From contig NW_014569499.1 in NCBI RefSeq assembly GCF_000743755.1, forward strand, positions 1 to 46,305: DNA of 46,305 nt, written 5' to 3'. Of the stretch, positions 11,400 to 22,743 are shown piece after piece; within the stretch, counting starts at the first letter, position 1; each line of letters starts with the position of its first letter. The notes under the pieces are model-generated. The model worked only from the letters and a program-made list of their open reading frames with translations. It was not told the origin of the DNA and did no database searches. A program made the translations under genes and the position numbers. The stretch comes from Blastocystis sp. subtype 4. Lineage: Eukaryota.

Positions 11400-12297
11400 T
11401 CAATTTCTCCAATCCAAATCGTCGATTGGCTGCATCATTGCTTTTCGTTTCTTCTTTGAGGCATCTTTCTTTTCTTTCACAATGACCTTCATTTCATCTT
11501 TACTAATAGAGTAAGTGGACTCGCCGCCACTCTCTTCAATGATACTGTGAATCTCTCGTAGTGTTTCTTCTGGAAGTTTTTCGTCTGTTGAATTCATATT
11601 CTCCAGAAGCATTCGATACGCTCTATCTGTTACCAATCATCGCAACCAAGTACTCTGCCTGCAATTGGAATGCATTATCGCCATCCTCTAAACTCGCAAG
11701 AACTTCTTCTTCTTCTTGCTTACCCTCTAGATTTCATACCGTCTCAACGCAACCCACTCTTTATCTGCTCTTCCAAAAACTCATTAAACTCTTTCATCTC
11801 TTTCCTACAGATTAGAAAGGACTGTGTACTAAAACTCCTTTAACTGCTTTTCTGCATCCTTTGGCTTTATACCCGTAGCTAAAACGCCTTCGAGCCGATT
11901 ATCGAAGAAGTCTGCGGGAAGAGAAGTGGTTTGAGATGAACTGATTGTTTCCTCCAACTGATTATCTGGAGTTGTCACTGGCGTAGGTACAACTTCTGCA
12001 ACTCTGTACAATCAAATTCATATTCAAAATCTCTCACTTCTTCGATTTCGCAAGATTCTTGTTCCTTTTCGCTTTTTCTTTCAATAACTCAATCATCTAT
12101 TTAAATTACATAAATTATAGTATCAAAACCTTAATATGCTTCTTAGATCGACAATGTTGATTCCATTCTCCCTCAGATACGATTTTCTCTTTACAGAGTT
12201 TGCAGAACATGGTTCCATCGTTTTCATATCTGATTCTCAGACGACAACGTAAAACTCACTTTACAAAGGCCGAAACAATATTTTGTGATGATGACAT
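11400..12297 (-). CDS. ZNF830: ZNF830/CCDC16-like C2H2 zinc-finger splicing-associated protein
   Basis: YENDGTMFCKLCKEKIVSEGEWNQHCRSKKH zinc finger; LPADFFD motif; C-terminal DDLDWRN*. Confidence 0.8.
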
Positions 12298-12506
12298 TAT
12301 ATTAGAAGTAGTATTGACAAAAAGACAGTCAAGATATAATAACAGTAGTTAACGAATGAATTGTGTCAGGTACGTCTTTGGGTATCATTCCTAGTTCAAG
12401 CAATCATCTAGAGAAACAACCAAGTGGAAAAGAAGAATTCCCAAAATACCAGGAATAGCATTCAGTATAATTTAATCACACATTTTTAGTTTACGAGTTT
12501 CAACAA

Positions 12507-14063
12507 ATGAGCCTCCGAGTTGGAATTGATTTGGGAACTACAAACTCCTGTTGCTATTATGAGTGGAAAGGAAGAGCCCAGTGTCTAGAGTACCCTAATG
12601 GAAAAAATCTTCTCCCTTCTTATGTTGAGTACAAATCAGATGGGTCGACTGTTGTCGGAAGTATTGCAAAGAAGAACCTCAGATTACCGAAGTCTTGTGT
12701 CATTCATAATACCAAACGACTCATTGGGAAAGAATTTGACTGTCCTGAAGTTCAAGTGATGGTTAACAGTTGTGGTCAGCCTGTGGAGAGTATTTTTGGG
12801 AAACCAGTATTCAACCTTAATAATGGAAGGACCATAACTCCAGGAATGGTTGCCTCTAACATTATCAAATATATTCTGGATACTGTAGAGGAAAAGTGTG
12901 GAAGGAAAGCTACACAAGTTTGTGTTACTATTCCAGCTCATTTTGATAATAACCAACGAACTGCAACGTATCAAGCTATTGTTGATGCAGGTGTACCAGA
13001 AAACCGTATTGTAATTGAAAACGAACCAACAGCAGCTGCTATTTGTTACGGTTTAGATAACAATGCAACGAACGTCCGTGTTCTTGTATATGATCTTGGT
13101 GGTGGTACCTTTGATGTTTCCATCTTATCAATTCGAAATGGAGAGTATCATGTTGACACATATGAAGGAGATCCCCATCTGGGAGGAGCGGATTTTGATG
13201 AAGCCTTATTACGGTGGATTGAAGAACAGTATTTAAAAAAATATAGTGAGGATATGATTCCTTCAACTATGCCTGATCATGTCAAACTGCGCCATCGTCG
13301 TCGGTTACTAGCGGCTGCAGAAGCATGTAAGGAATCGTTATCTGCAGTGTCTGAGAGTATGTATGTATCTCCCTTTGTTCCACAGTATAAACCATTGATT
13401 GCAGAAAATGAGGATAATATTGAGATGGAAGTGACTCTCTCAAAGCTGAATTGTATATTGGAAGAATATATTCAGCGTACATTCAAAACTGTAAAAAAAG
13501 CAATGTCGAATCTGAATCTTACTGAGAATGATATTGATCATGTCATCTTAGTAGGAGGATCGAGTCGTTTGAAACTCGTTCATCAGAAACTTGGAGAACT
13601 ATTTGGTGAACGTAAACTAAAACAATCGGTCAACCCAGATGAATGTGTGGCAAAAGGAGCTTGTTTGTATCTGATGAACAAGTCAATGATCCATGAGAGG
13701 ATTGCTTATGCTCTTTCGACGTCAATCATTAACAAACGAGTGTTGTGTGTGATTCCTCGTCTTGCAGAACTACCTGCTACTTATTCTGTGAATACTTACA
13801 CGGTTGAGGATGGTCAGAGATCAGCGGGTTCATCAATATACCAAACACAACAAGAGAAGAATAATGATATCATTCCTATCGATTCGAGCTTGGTGAAACT
13901 GGCTCCTTATAGTTTTACTGGGTTCAGAATTGCAAAGGCTGGTGAAGTTGGGTTCCGGACCACTTTTACAATTCGGGAATCTGGAATTGTTTATGTGACT
14001 GTAGTTGAAATCAAAACGGGTAGAATTTTGTTGGAGGATAAGATGATTCGATACAAAGATTAG
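12507..14063 (+). CDS. Atypical Hsp70 (intact ATPase domain, truncated substrate-binding domain, no lid/EEVD), intronless
   Basis: GIDLGTTNS, ENEPTAAA, DLGGGTFDVS, LVGGSSR, NPDECVAKGA; 518 aa. Confidence 0.9.
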   Translation: MSLRVGIDLGTTNSCCYYEWKGRAQCLEYPNGKNLLPSYVEYKSDGSTVVGSIAKKNLRLPKSCVIHNTKRLIGKEFDCPEVQVMVNSCGQPVESIFGKPVFNLNNGRTITPGMVASNIIKYILDTVEEKCGRKATQVCVTIPAHFDNNQRTATYQAIVDAGVPENRIVIENEPTAAAICYGLDNNATNVRVLVYDLGGGTFDVSILSIRNGEYHVDTYEGDPHLGGADFDEALLRWIEEQYLKKYSEDMIPSTMPDHVKLRHRRRLLAAAEACKESLSAVSESMYVSPFVPQYKPLIAENEDNIEMEVTLSKLNCILEEYIQRTFKTVKKAMSNLNLTENDIDHVILVGGSSRLKLVHQKLGELFGERKLKQSVNPDECVAKGACLYLMNKSMIHERIAYALSTSIINKRVLCVIPRLAELPATYSVNTYTVEDGQRSAGSSIYQTQQEKNNDIIPIDSSLVKLAPYSFTGFRIAKAGEVGFRTTFTIRESGIVYVTVVEIKTGRILLEDKMIRYKD

Positions 14064-14067
14064 AAGT

Positions 14068-14075
14068 TGTTTGTA
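14068..14075 (+). terminator. GU-rich element 4 nt after the Hsp70 stop (zero-length 3' UTR)
   Basis: TAG AAGT TGTTTGTA. Confidence 0.75.
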
Positions 14076-14161
14076 CTAATAAAGCATCACTGTTCTGATT
14101 CTATTCATGAAACACACTTATTACTGAACGTACAATTTCACTAAAGGATTTCCGCGGTAAC

Positions 14162-15763
14162 ATGTCAGTTATTTTGTTCTCTTCAATAATAACTCTGATG
14201 CCGGAAAAAACGACAAAGATTGGGATCGATTTAGGAACTTCTAACTCTTGTTGCTACTGCATTAAGGGACAAAATAACGTACTTCCAGTTCCTATGGCTG
14301 ATGGATCCTATCTTCTTCCATCGGTTGTGTATTATAGCAAAGACAAAGATCCGCTTTTGGGTATTGCCGTTAAGAAGCATATTACTGGTGGAAAGACCAC
14401 AATTGTACGAAACTCAAAGCGTTTAATTGGACGAAGGTACGATTGTGAAGATGTTCAACTCTTATTGAAGTCTTGTGGTGCGCCTGTAATTAACCGTAAT
14501 GGAAACCCAGTCTTCGATCTGAGTTCTATTGGAATGGAAAAGACTCCAGAGGACATTGCAGTAGACATTATTCAACGCCTCCTAGTAGAAGCTAGGAGGT
14601 ACACAGATGCAACCGTAACAGATGTGTGTGTCACTGTTCCAGCTCGTTTTGATAATAACCAACGAACAGCAACTCTTAGGGCTCTGAAACGTTGTGGGTT
14701 TTCAGATAAGCATGTCAGCATTCTTAGTGAGCCCAGTGCTGCTGCAATCACTTACCTCTATGAGAATGAAAATCATGGTGATCGTATTCTTGTATTTGAT
14801 TTTGGAGGTGGTACGCTGGATGTATCCATTGTGAACATTGCAGATGGTAATATTGTTGTTGAAACAAACCGAGGTAATAATACTTTGGGCGGTGTGGACA
14901 TTGACCAAATCGTTCTGGAGTGGATGAATAAAGAGTTTTTGAAATCATTCCACAAGCCTCTCGATACAAAGAACGATAATACTGCTAATGGAAAGAGACG
15001 AAACACTTTCACCAAGCTCTTAGTCAAAGCTGAAGAAGCAAAGATCTGTCTCTCGACTGAGAAGACAGTTGATATCTCCTTTGAGGGAATTCCCGGTACA
15101 ATGACAGATGATGGTGATGATTCACTAATTAGTCTCACACGAGCTACATTTGAAAAAGAAATTAAAGATATTGTGAACGCTGCATTGAAAGTAGTGCAAG
15201 AAGCACTTGATGCATGTCATCTCACAAAGAGCGATATTTGTGATGTTGTCTTTGTAGGAGGTTCTACTCGTATTCCTTTATTGCGGAATGCTGTTAATGA
15301 CTATTTCAACTCTAATAAAGTTAGAGATGGAGTAAATCCTGATGAATGTGTTGCAAAGGGTGCTTGTTTGTCTTTTCTACGCAGTTTTGTTCTTGATGAT
15401 AGTGCTTCGTATAGTCTTGGTCAATTAGTTGGTGGAGGAAGAGTTCAGTGGGTGATTCCACTAGATTGTCCACTTCCTGCTAAGAGGTCTGAAAAGACTA
15501 TTATTAGGAATAGTAATATGGATATGGTTGTAACTTATCTCTTTCAAGGTAATAGTGTGAATAAAGGTTCAACATCTCCTTCTTCCGAATGCATTCCACT
15601 GGCTCCTTTCTATTATGACTTGAGTGAACTGGATGATATTGAAGGTGCTGTTATTGAAACCACATTTGAGATTAAAAAGTCTGGTATTGTATATGTTACT
15701 GTGATGGAAGAGAGATCACAAACAATCCTTTTAGATAACTTTAAGATAGAATTTGGCAAATAA
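14162..15763 (+). CDS. Atypical Hsp70, divergent tandem paralog, intronless (start may be ATG 14198)
   Basis: GIDLGTSNS, SEPSAAA, DFGGGTLDVS, VGGSTRIP, NPDECVAKGA; shares C-terminal TTFxIxxSGIVYVTVxE with its neighbour. Confidence 0.9.
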   Translation: MSVILFSSIITLMPEKTTKIGIDLGTSNSCCYCIKGQNNVLPVPMADGSYLLPSVVYYSKDKDPLLGIAVKKHITGGKTTIVRNSKRLIGRRYDCEDVQLLLKSCGAPVINRNGNPVFDLSSIGMEKTPEDIAVDIIQRLLVEARRYTDATVTDVCVTVPARFDNNQRTATLRALKRCGFSDKHVSILSEPSAAAITYLYENENHGDRILVFDFGGGTLDVSIVNIADGNIVVETNRGNNTLGGVDIDQIVLEWMNKEFLKSFHKPLDTKNDNTANGKRRNTFTKLLVKAEEAKICLSTEKTVDISFEGIPGTMTDDGDDSLISLTRATFEKEIKDIVNAALKVVQEALDACHLTKSDICDVVFVGGSTRIPLLRNAVNDYFNSNKVRDGVNPDECVAKGACLSFLRSFVLDDSASYSLGQLVGGGRVQWVIPLDCPLPAKRSEKTIIRNSNMDMVVTYLFQGNSVNKGSTSPSSECIPLAPFYYDLSELDDIEGAVIETTFEIKKSGIVYVTVMEERSQTILLDNFKIEFGK

Positions 15764-15766
15764 TAC

Positions 15767-15785
15767 TGTTATGTTGAAACAAAGA
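15767..15785. terminator. Back-to-back GU-rich elements (Hsp70 + / kinase -)
   Basis: TGTTATGT, 3-nt gap, AACAAAGA (TCTTTGTT on -). Confidence 0.6.
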
Positions 15786-15787
15786 AT

Positions 15788-17095
15788 CTAAATACGTTTA
15801 CAGGCTCGAGAAGGTTGAATCCGAGTTGGAGTAACTTTTCTTACTTTCCTTGATTTCACCAACGATAAACTCCGCTTTCGTTTCAATGAATGTTTTGCAG
15901 AAGAAGGTGATTGATTTAAGATTTCTTGAATCTCTTGTGAGTTTGATTCTGAAGTCTCCTGTAAAGCCACTGTCGTTTGTTTCTGCTCCTTACGGGATTG
16001 TGATTTCGCTTTCCGTGACATGGACTTAGCTTTCTCTTTCATCTGAGAGACTTCGCGAGGTAGGAAATCGAGATTCCTCCTTTCAGGAGAACATGATTTT
16101 GCTGCTTTTTGAAATGTATCCATCCAATAGGAATAATCGATGTTATCAGTGTTCACCAGTTTGAATGCGGTTACAAACTTCAGTAATAATGGATAATCCT
16201 TTAATTGAGATTCCAGTACATCTGTTTTCTTCATTGCCAATACTTCTTCAGAACTCTTGCAATTCTCCCAAGGAAGAGTACCTAGAAGGATACAACAAAT
16301 CATATAGCTGATTGCTGAAATATCATCAGAAAAATACATAGGACCAAGAGCATTACTGTTGATGGAAGTGAATAAAGGTGTACCTCGATCACCTGTCGAT
16401 GGAGTGACTCTTCCCTTTGTTTTCCTATCTGTCAGTGACTATCCTGACTATTACACTTCTGCTGCACCAAAGTCAACAATGACAAGTTGATATCCTTTAG
16501 ATGTTTCTCGAAGCATGAAATTATCAATTTTAATATCATTATAAATCACACAGTGAGAGTGAAGGAAATGAATAATATGGAGCTACGTTATAAGCAAGAG
16601 CCAACTCATACACAAGATGCAGCGATACTATAACAAAGATACTCAGGAAGACGACCACCACATTCAGCAATGTAGTCACTCAAACTCCGTGGAAACAATT
16701 CCATTGCCAAGTATGTATATTTGTTGTCTTCTGTAGTTCCAGATATTAAATCCTTCTTTCCTGTTGAACTCCGAGGAAAATGAGGAATTTCTATACATGA
16801 TTCCAGAATTCATCCAAAAACCCTCATTATCTTTCATAAAAGCAAGAAACCGAACACGGTAGAATGTACATTCATGAGATATTAGAAAAGCAGCTTGATT
16901 CTTCTTCCGATTCTTGTTCACAGGCGCGATTTTGATTGCAAACTCTTTAGAACCAAGAGTATTTGTTGAGGCTAAAATAAGAAAGGATCAATCTTGATTA
17001 CCTGCAAATACAGTTCCATATTCTCCTTCTCCAAGTTTCCTCTTTAATATCCAAGGGCCAACTTTGTTTCCTTCTTTCAAAGCTAAAAGACTCAT
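15788..17095 (-). CDS. Casein kinase 1 superfamily (CK1/VRK-like) protein kinase
   Basis: KLGEGEYGTVF, FAIK, YLAMEL, YNDIKIDNFML, DFGAA, GTPLFTSIN, GTLPW; basic C-terminal tail. Confidence 0.85.
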
Positions 17096-17137
17096 TTGTG
17101 TAGAAAAGAGTGTTGACAAACAACGAAAACGATCGAA

Positions 17138-19311
17138 TTATCTCTTTTGAGGTCTTGGAGGTGGTGCAAATTGCTGGTATAATGAAGGCATCTTATCATT
17201 TGATTCCTCTCCCACATGATGTCTTTGATATAGGGCGCATCGAGTAGCCTGATTCCGATTTGCTGAGTTCAGTCTTTCCAATAGTTCCATTTTCTCTCGC
17301 ATTTGCGATGGTTTCATAATCACAAATTCTTCATCCTGTTCCTGTGGAGACTGGTCTTGGAGAGTTCTAGAATGATCTACGGATCCAGAACTCGAATCTG
17401 AAGATTTCGAACGAGACTCCAAGGATCCTGAGAATGGAAGTAGGGAAGACGAATGATGCTCAGACGTGGTTGAAAAATGTTCTGGAGAATGCGTTCGTGG
17501 ATAATGAGGAGGAATTTTGGGAGGAGAAGTAACAGATTTCCCAGGGTTTGGAAGAAGGGAAGACTTGAGAGTTGAAGGAAGTGGAGACTTGGGCGAGGAT
17601 CGGTGAGGAGGAGAATTGAGGGGAAGAGGAGGCGGTGATCGAGATGTGGAAGATGATTTTGAAAGAGAAGATGTGGGAGTGAGAGAGGAAGATTTAGGAG
17701 AAGGTGACTTGAGAGAGGGAGGAGGTGGCATAGGAGGTGGAGGTGAGTTAAGAGAGGGAGGTGGTGATGTGGAAGATAGAGGTGACTTGAGGGAAGGTGA
17801 CATAGGAGGTGGTGGTGACTTGAGAGAGGGAGGTAAGGATATAGGAGGTGGTGGTGACTTGTGAGGAGAGGTTGTATGAGACGGAATAGTAGAAAGAGGG
17901 GGAGGAGATCGATGAGGAAGAGGAGAAGATTTTTTAGGCAGAGATCGGATGGCAGAAGAATGAGTTGATGAAAAGAGAACATTTGAAGAAATATCAGATG
18001 AAGATCGATTTGAAGGAGGACTCGATCGGAATTTCAGTGAGGCTTCCGGGATCGTAGATTGAGGTATTGGTACCAGAGGAGGAGCTGACATGCGCTGATT
18101 GCTTTCCTCATCATCAGACTTCTTTGTCTGGCCCATTCTAGACTCCAGTACATCAATACTCCGTGTTAGATCCAATATCTCAGGCACCACATCAGACATT
18201 TCCTCTAGCATCTCGCATTGACGCTCAATCTCGCGTTGTTGTTGTTTGATTAATTCAATTTCATCAACCATCCGCAGTACCTCATCCATCTTCTCACTCA
18301 ATCCATTCACCGTATTGAGAAGAGCACACACACGACTCACATAAGAACGGCGACATTGCTCAGCTTCCACACGAATACGCTGAATCTCTTTCTCCATTTG
18401 CTTTCCTTGAGCTTCAAGTCGATCCTCTCCCATTGAGGAAGCAGAGACTGGATCAAGTTCCATACAACGAATGAGATGAGAAAGCTCAGAAAGACTCTAG
18501 AATAAAGAATGGTGATTGTGAATACAGATTCTTGACAATGAAGATGTACTTTTGATGAATCAAAGAGTTGATAAATTAGGTCTGTAGATGTTGAAAGAGA
18601 GATTTGTTTGGATGAAGGAAGTACTTGATAAACAGACAATAGTTGGGGATCAAGATTACTCTGTCTCTACAAAGAATTCATCTATGTTTTAGCTACAGCA
18701 AGATCTTCAATAATAGATTGAAAAGGAGTATAGTAATGCTTGAATAAGGTTACATTCGAACCATCACAAAGTTCAACAGTAATTTCATATAGATCAGAAC
18801 ACATATAGATGGGTGAGAATGGAACGACTCCAATCTCCTCAACTGTTGAAGAATCGTTACAAATCACGGCATCATAGAGGGCATAAGCCGGATTCAATAC
18901 AAGTGTATCGCGGTTAACAATCTATGAATTATATACCCACTCTTTCCCTTTACACGATTGAAACGAGCTTTCAACATTCCAATTGTACAATGACCATCAA
19001 CTAACATATTCAGATGTTGAGATCCATATGTGATATCTACAGCAATCGAATCATTGCTTGTTTCAAAGGATAAGGGTGTTGGATCCATCTTTAATATATC
19101 GGATACTAATTCATCATCTCTACAATACATATGTCCTTGCTTTATTTGGATTTCATCGGTATGTACTCCAATTCCCTTCTACTCATCAATCTAAAGGCAT
19201 AGATGCTACAGAAATGACTTTCTTAATACTAGAAATCATCTGTCCATTGGAAGAGATAATCGGGATTTCTTTCACTATCCCCTCAAAGATACCAGATACT
19301 TTAATATCCAT
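17138..19311 (-). CDS. Protein with tandem ubiquitin-like domains, coiled coil and long Pro/Ser-rich region
   Basis: Spliced N-terminus MDIKVSGIFEGIVKEIPII...ISSIKKVISKGIGVHTDEIQIKQGHMYCRDDELVSDI fits the ubiquitin-fold pattern; similar segments follow; last exon is ORF 17138-18463; start is tentative. Confidence 0.6.
17620..17870 (-). repeat. Degenerate coding tandem repeat (SLKSPPPP-like units)
   Basis: Repeated gaggtggtggtgacttgagagaggga-like units on the + strand. Confidence 0.8.
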
Positions 19312-19722
19312 TCTTCAGTGCACTACAATAGAATCCAAATTTGGCAATAGTGATATCCGATTTGGCGTGATTTCTATCAAAATAAGTGAAGAAGAAATTG
19401 GCAATCCTTCTATAAACAGTCTATAATTGTTTTAAATAGAATGATGGGCCTATTTGATGAACTAGAGTGACATTGACATCTCTCTCAACTCTATCCTTTA
19501 TATACCATATGCGAAAAAACAAATAGATATAGCTTTTCCAGACTCGTATGTGTCTGGATTAATGGTATGAGAGAACAAATAGATCTAACCGGATTTGAAG
19601 TATAACGGGTTTTATACTTGAAGAATTACTGGCATTCTGGATGATGCCTCAAATCCGGTATCATGGAAATGATCTCTTTCCTCCATAATTCTCTATATTT
19701 ATAACTTCAAACTCTCCCAACC

Positions 19723-22546
19723 ATGTCTCTGCGTATGAGAAGTTTGACAAATTTCATTAAGGAAATCAGAAACTGTAAGATTGTTCTTGAAGGTCAGTTA
19801 TGGGCGTAGGCCAGACCAAAGAGGCTGAGTCAACGCGTGTCATGCAGGAGCTTGCTACTATCCGTAGCAATTTCACTAAAGCTAAGCTGACACCCAGTGA
19901 CCGTAAGAAGTACGTCTGGACCCTCGTATATATGTAAGTGTGTTGTAAAGAAGAAGTTATGTTCCTAGTTATCTTCTTGGATATGAAATCGACTTCGGTC
20001 ACATGGAAGTGATTACCCTAATTTCTTCCCCCAATTTCCAGGAGAAGCAGGTCGGATATCTTGCTGCTGCTGTTCTCTTCAAGAATACGGATCAACTGTT
20101 CACTCTGATTGTGAACTCAATGAGAAATGATGTCATTGGAGGAGTCGAAGTCAACCAGATTCTGGCTCTTTCGGCTGTAGCTAACCTTGGAGGACGTGAT
20201 CTTGCTGAAACTCTGTTGGAAGATATTCTCCAGTTGGTCCAGAAAGATTCAACCACCAAGCTTGTCAAGCAGAAGTGTGCTTTGACTCTTCTGTCTCTGT
20301 TCCGATCCAGTCCTGATACTGTGGGAACTTCATGGCTCGATAAGGTTCTTCCCATGTTCGATGTTCGTGCTAACATTGGTTGTGCATTGTCTGTCTCAGG
20401 TCTGTTGGCTAACATGATTCCTCACATCAAGGAGGAAGAGATGATTGAGGATATTCGTCACATTTCTATTGGTGTTCTGCGTACTCTGGTATTGGATCGC
20501 TGGTGCCCTGAGAACTATGTCTACTATCAGGTGCCTTGTCCTTGGCTTGTTGTCAACTGTTTGCGTATTCTCAAGTCGTGTCCTTATCCTACCTCAAAGA
20601 AGGATGTGAATAATCTTGAAGAAGCTTTACATACCATTCTTCAGCACAATGAATTAACCAAGAGTCACAACCATGATAATGTCACTCACGGAGAGTTGTT
20701 CGAGGCTGTGAATCTGATTATTTCATACGGAAATGAGACAGATCCAGAGTTGCGTAGCTCTGTGGTTAGCTATCTGGGTCGTTTCATTATGTATGAGGAG
20801 CCCAACATTCGTTATCTGGGTCTGGACTTCATGTCACGTCTTGCTCAGCTTGCTGGTGTGTCTGATAAGATCAAGAAGCATCAGGATACTATCATGGCAT
20901 CTCTGGAGGATCCCGATCTTGCTATTCGTAAGCGTGCTCTTCATATGTTGTTCTCCATGTGCGATGAAGAGAATGCTGAGGAGATTGTGAAGAGACTTCT
21001 TGAGCATCTGAAGACATCTGATTATATGATTAAGGAAGAGATGGCTCTGAAGGTTGCCATTTTGGCCGAGCGTTTCCCTCCTGATAACCGTTGGTATGTG
21101 GATGTGATTGTGGATCTGATGTTGTACTCTGGTGACTATGTATCTGATGATATTTGGCATCGTATGGTCCAGATTGTATCTCAGCAGGATGATCTGCAGG
21201 AGTATGCTGCTCGTAAGATGTATGAAATGTTGCAGCCTACCAATGTCCATGAGATTATGATCCGTGCTGGAGCTTATATCCTTGGAGAGTATGCTGAGCT
21301 GATTGCTGAACCCGAGGATGAGGATGCCGAGCCTGTGGAGCCTGAAGCCATTCTGGAAACTCTTCAGAGACATTACACGAAGGTGAACCTTCAGACACAG
21401 ATCTTGATGATGACTTCCTTCGCCAAGCTGCTGGTCCAGTTCGAGGAGCTTGAGGATGAAATCCGTGAGTTGTTTGAGGCGAATCTCTCTCATATTGACA
21501 GTGAGATGCAGCAGCGTGCAGTGGAGTACAGTGCTCTGGCTGATGATAGTGAGGTCATGGAGACTGTACTTGATCAGATGCCTCCTTTCGCTGAGGATCG
21601 TGAGAACGTGCTGGAGTTGAAGTTGAAGGGACCTGAAGAAGAAGCTGAGGAAAGTGAAGAGGAAGATGACGATGATGACGATAGTGATGATGATAGCGAT
21701 GACGACGATGATAGTGATGAGGATGATGAAGACGATGAGGAGGAAGAGGAAGAAGAAGAGGAGGATGAAGATGATGGTGAGGCTGAGGGAATTGATCCTG
21801 ATGTGGAGGAGAAGATCCCTGTATGGTTCACGAACTGTCTTATTAAGAACAAGGCTGTTCTATATCAGGATGGTCGTATCCAGATCGGTGTAACCAAGGA
21901 TATCAAGGCTCCTGAGGCCCATTTCAATATGTTCTACTCGAATAAGTCGGGTGTCACTCTCAAGAACTTCAGTGCTGAGCTGAGCAGTGAGGAGAGCGGT
22001 CTGAACATTGAGACTACGGAAGTCAAGGATACTATTGAGGCTGGTGCTAATGCCAAGCAGCAGATCACTGTATCATGTGGAAAGCCTTTCAAGGAGAGTC
22101 CTACTCTGACTGTGTCCTTCTCATGCAAGGGCAAATCATATGAGCTTCCTATTGAGTTCCCTGTGGTAGTAATGACATTCTGCAATGAGACAGATATGGA
22201 TGCTGATGCCTTCCAGCAGAGATGGAGTAACCCTGCTTTAGAGGAGAAGCAATCACAGGAGACATTCCGTGCTGCTGAAGATAAGGATCTAAGCACTCTG
22301 GAGACGCTGCTTCCTTCTCTGAATATGACGATTGTTGAGGGAGTAGATGAGTCTGCCAACAAGGTGTATGCTACTGGTACCTTCGTGACAAGCAAGGTTG
22401 GTGCTAGTGGTAAGCCGATTACCGTGGGAATTCTTTGTCTGTTCGAATGGGCAGCGAAGAAGAAGGCTTTCCGTCTGACAGTGCGTGCATCCAATGCTTC
22501 AATTGCTGCTGCCTGTAAGGAGCATCTCAAGGCCCAGCTTGCTTAA
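19723..22546 (+). CDS. AP2A: AP-2 complex subunit alpha (alpha-adaptin)
   Basis: MRSLTNFIKEIRNC, KKYVW, GYEIDFGHMEVITLISS..FQEKQVGY, YYQVPCPWL, MQQRAVEY, VLDQMPPF, appendage ending FRLTVRA. Confidence 0.96.
21634..21786 (+). repeat. GAN trinucleotide-rich low-complexity tract encoding a ~50-aa Asp/Glu hinge
   Basis: EEEAEESEEEDDDDDDSDDDSDDDDDSDEDDEDDEEEEEEEEEDEDDGEAE. Confidence 0.9.
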
Positions 22547-22566
22547 TTCTATTGCTGATTGCATTA

Positions 22567-22574
22567 TGTTTGTT
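22567..22574 (+). terminator. GU-rich element of AP2A
   Basis: Perfect TGTTTGTT 20 nt after TAA. Confidence 0.8.
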
Positions 22575-22743
22575 ACAGTTTTCTTTGTCACAGAGTTGTG
22601 TTTGAGAAAACGTGTCCTAGAACATCTAACTAGAAAGGAAGTGGAACCGAGAAGAGCCTGTCACGTCGATTATGAAGAAGGCTTCTCTATTAAGGGACAC
22701 GTTGCTCTGTAACTTCGTTCTTCCAACAAATATTACGAAGGGT

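Noticed and set aside
17377..17982. His/Leu-rich 201-aa ORF and Gly-rich + strand ORF 17616-17864
   Set aside because: Alternative-frame and antisense shadows of the Pro/Ser repeat
21277..21286. Other ATATCCT matches (21277, ~34516, ~41426) as U12 donors
   Set aside because: They lie in continuous coding frames, with no intron needed
20092..22530. Long antisense ORFs within AP2A (including poly-Ser)
   Set aside because: By-products of codon bias and the acidic repeat on the coding strand
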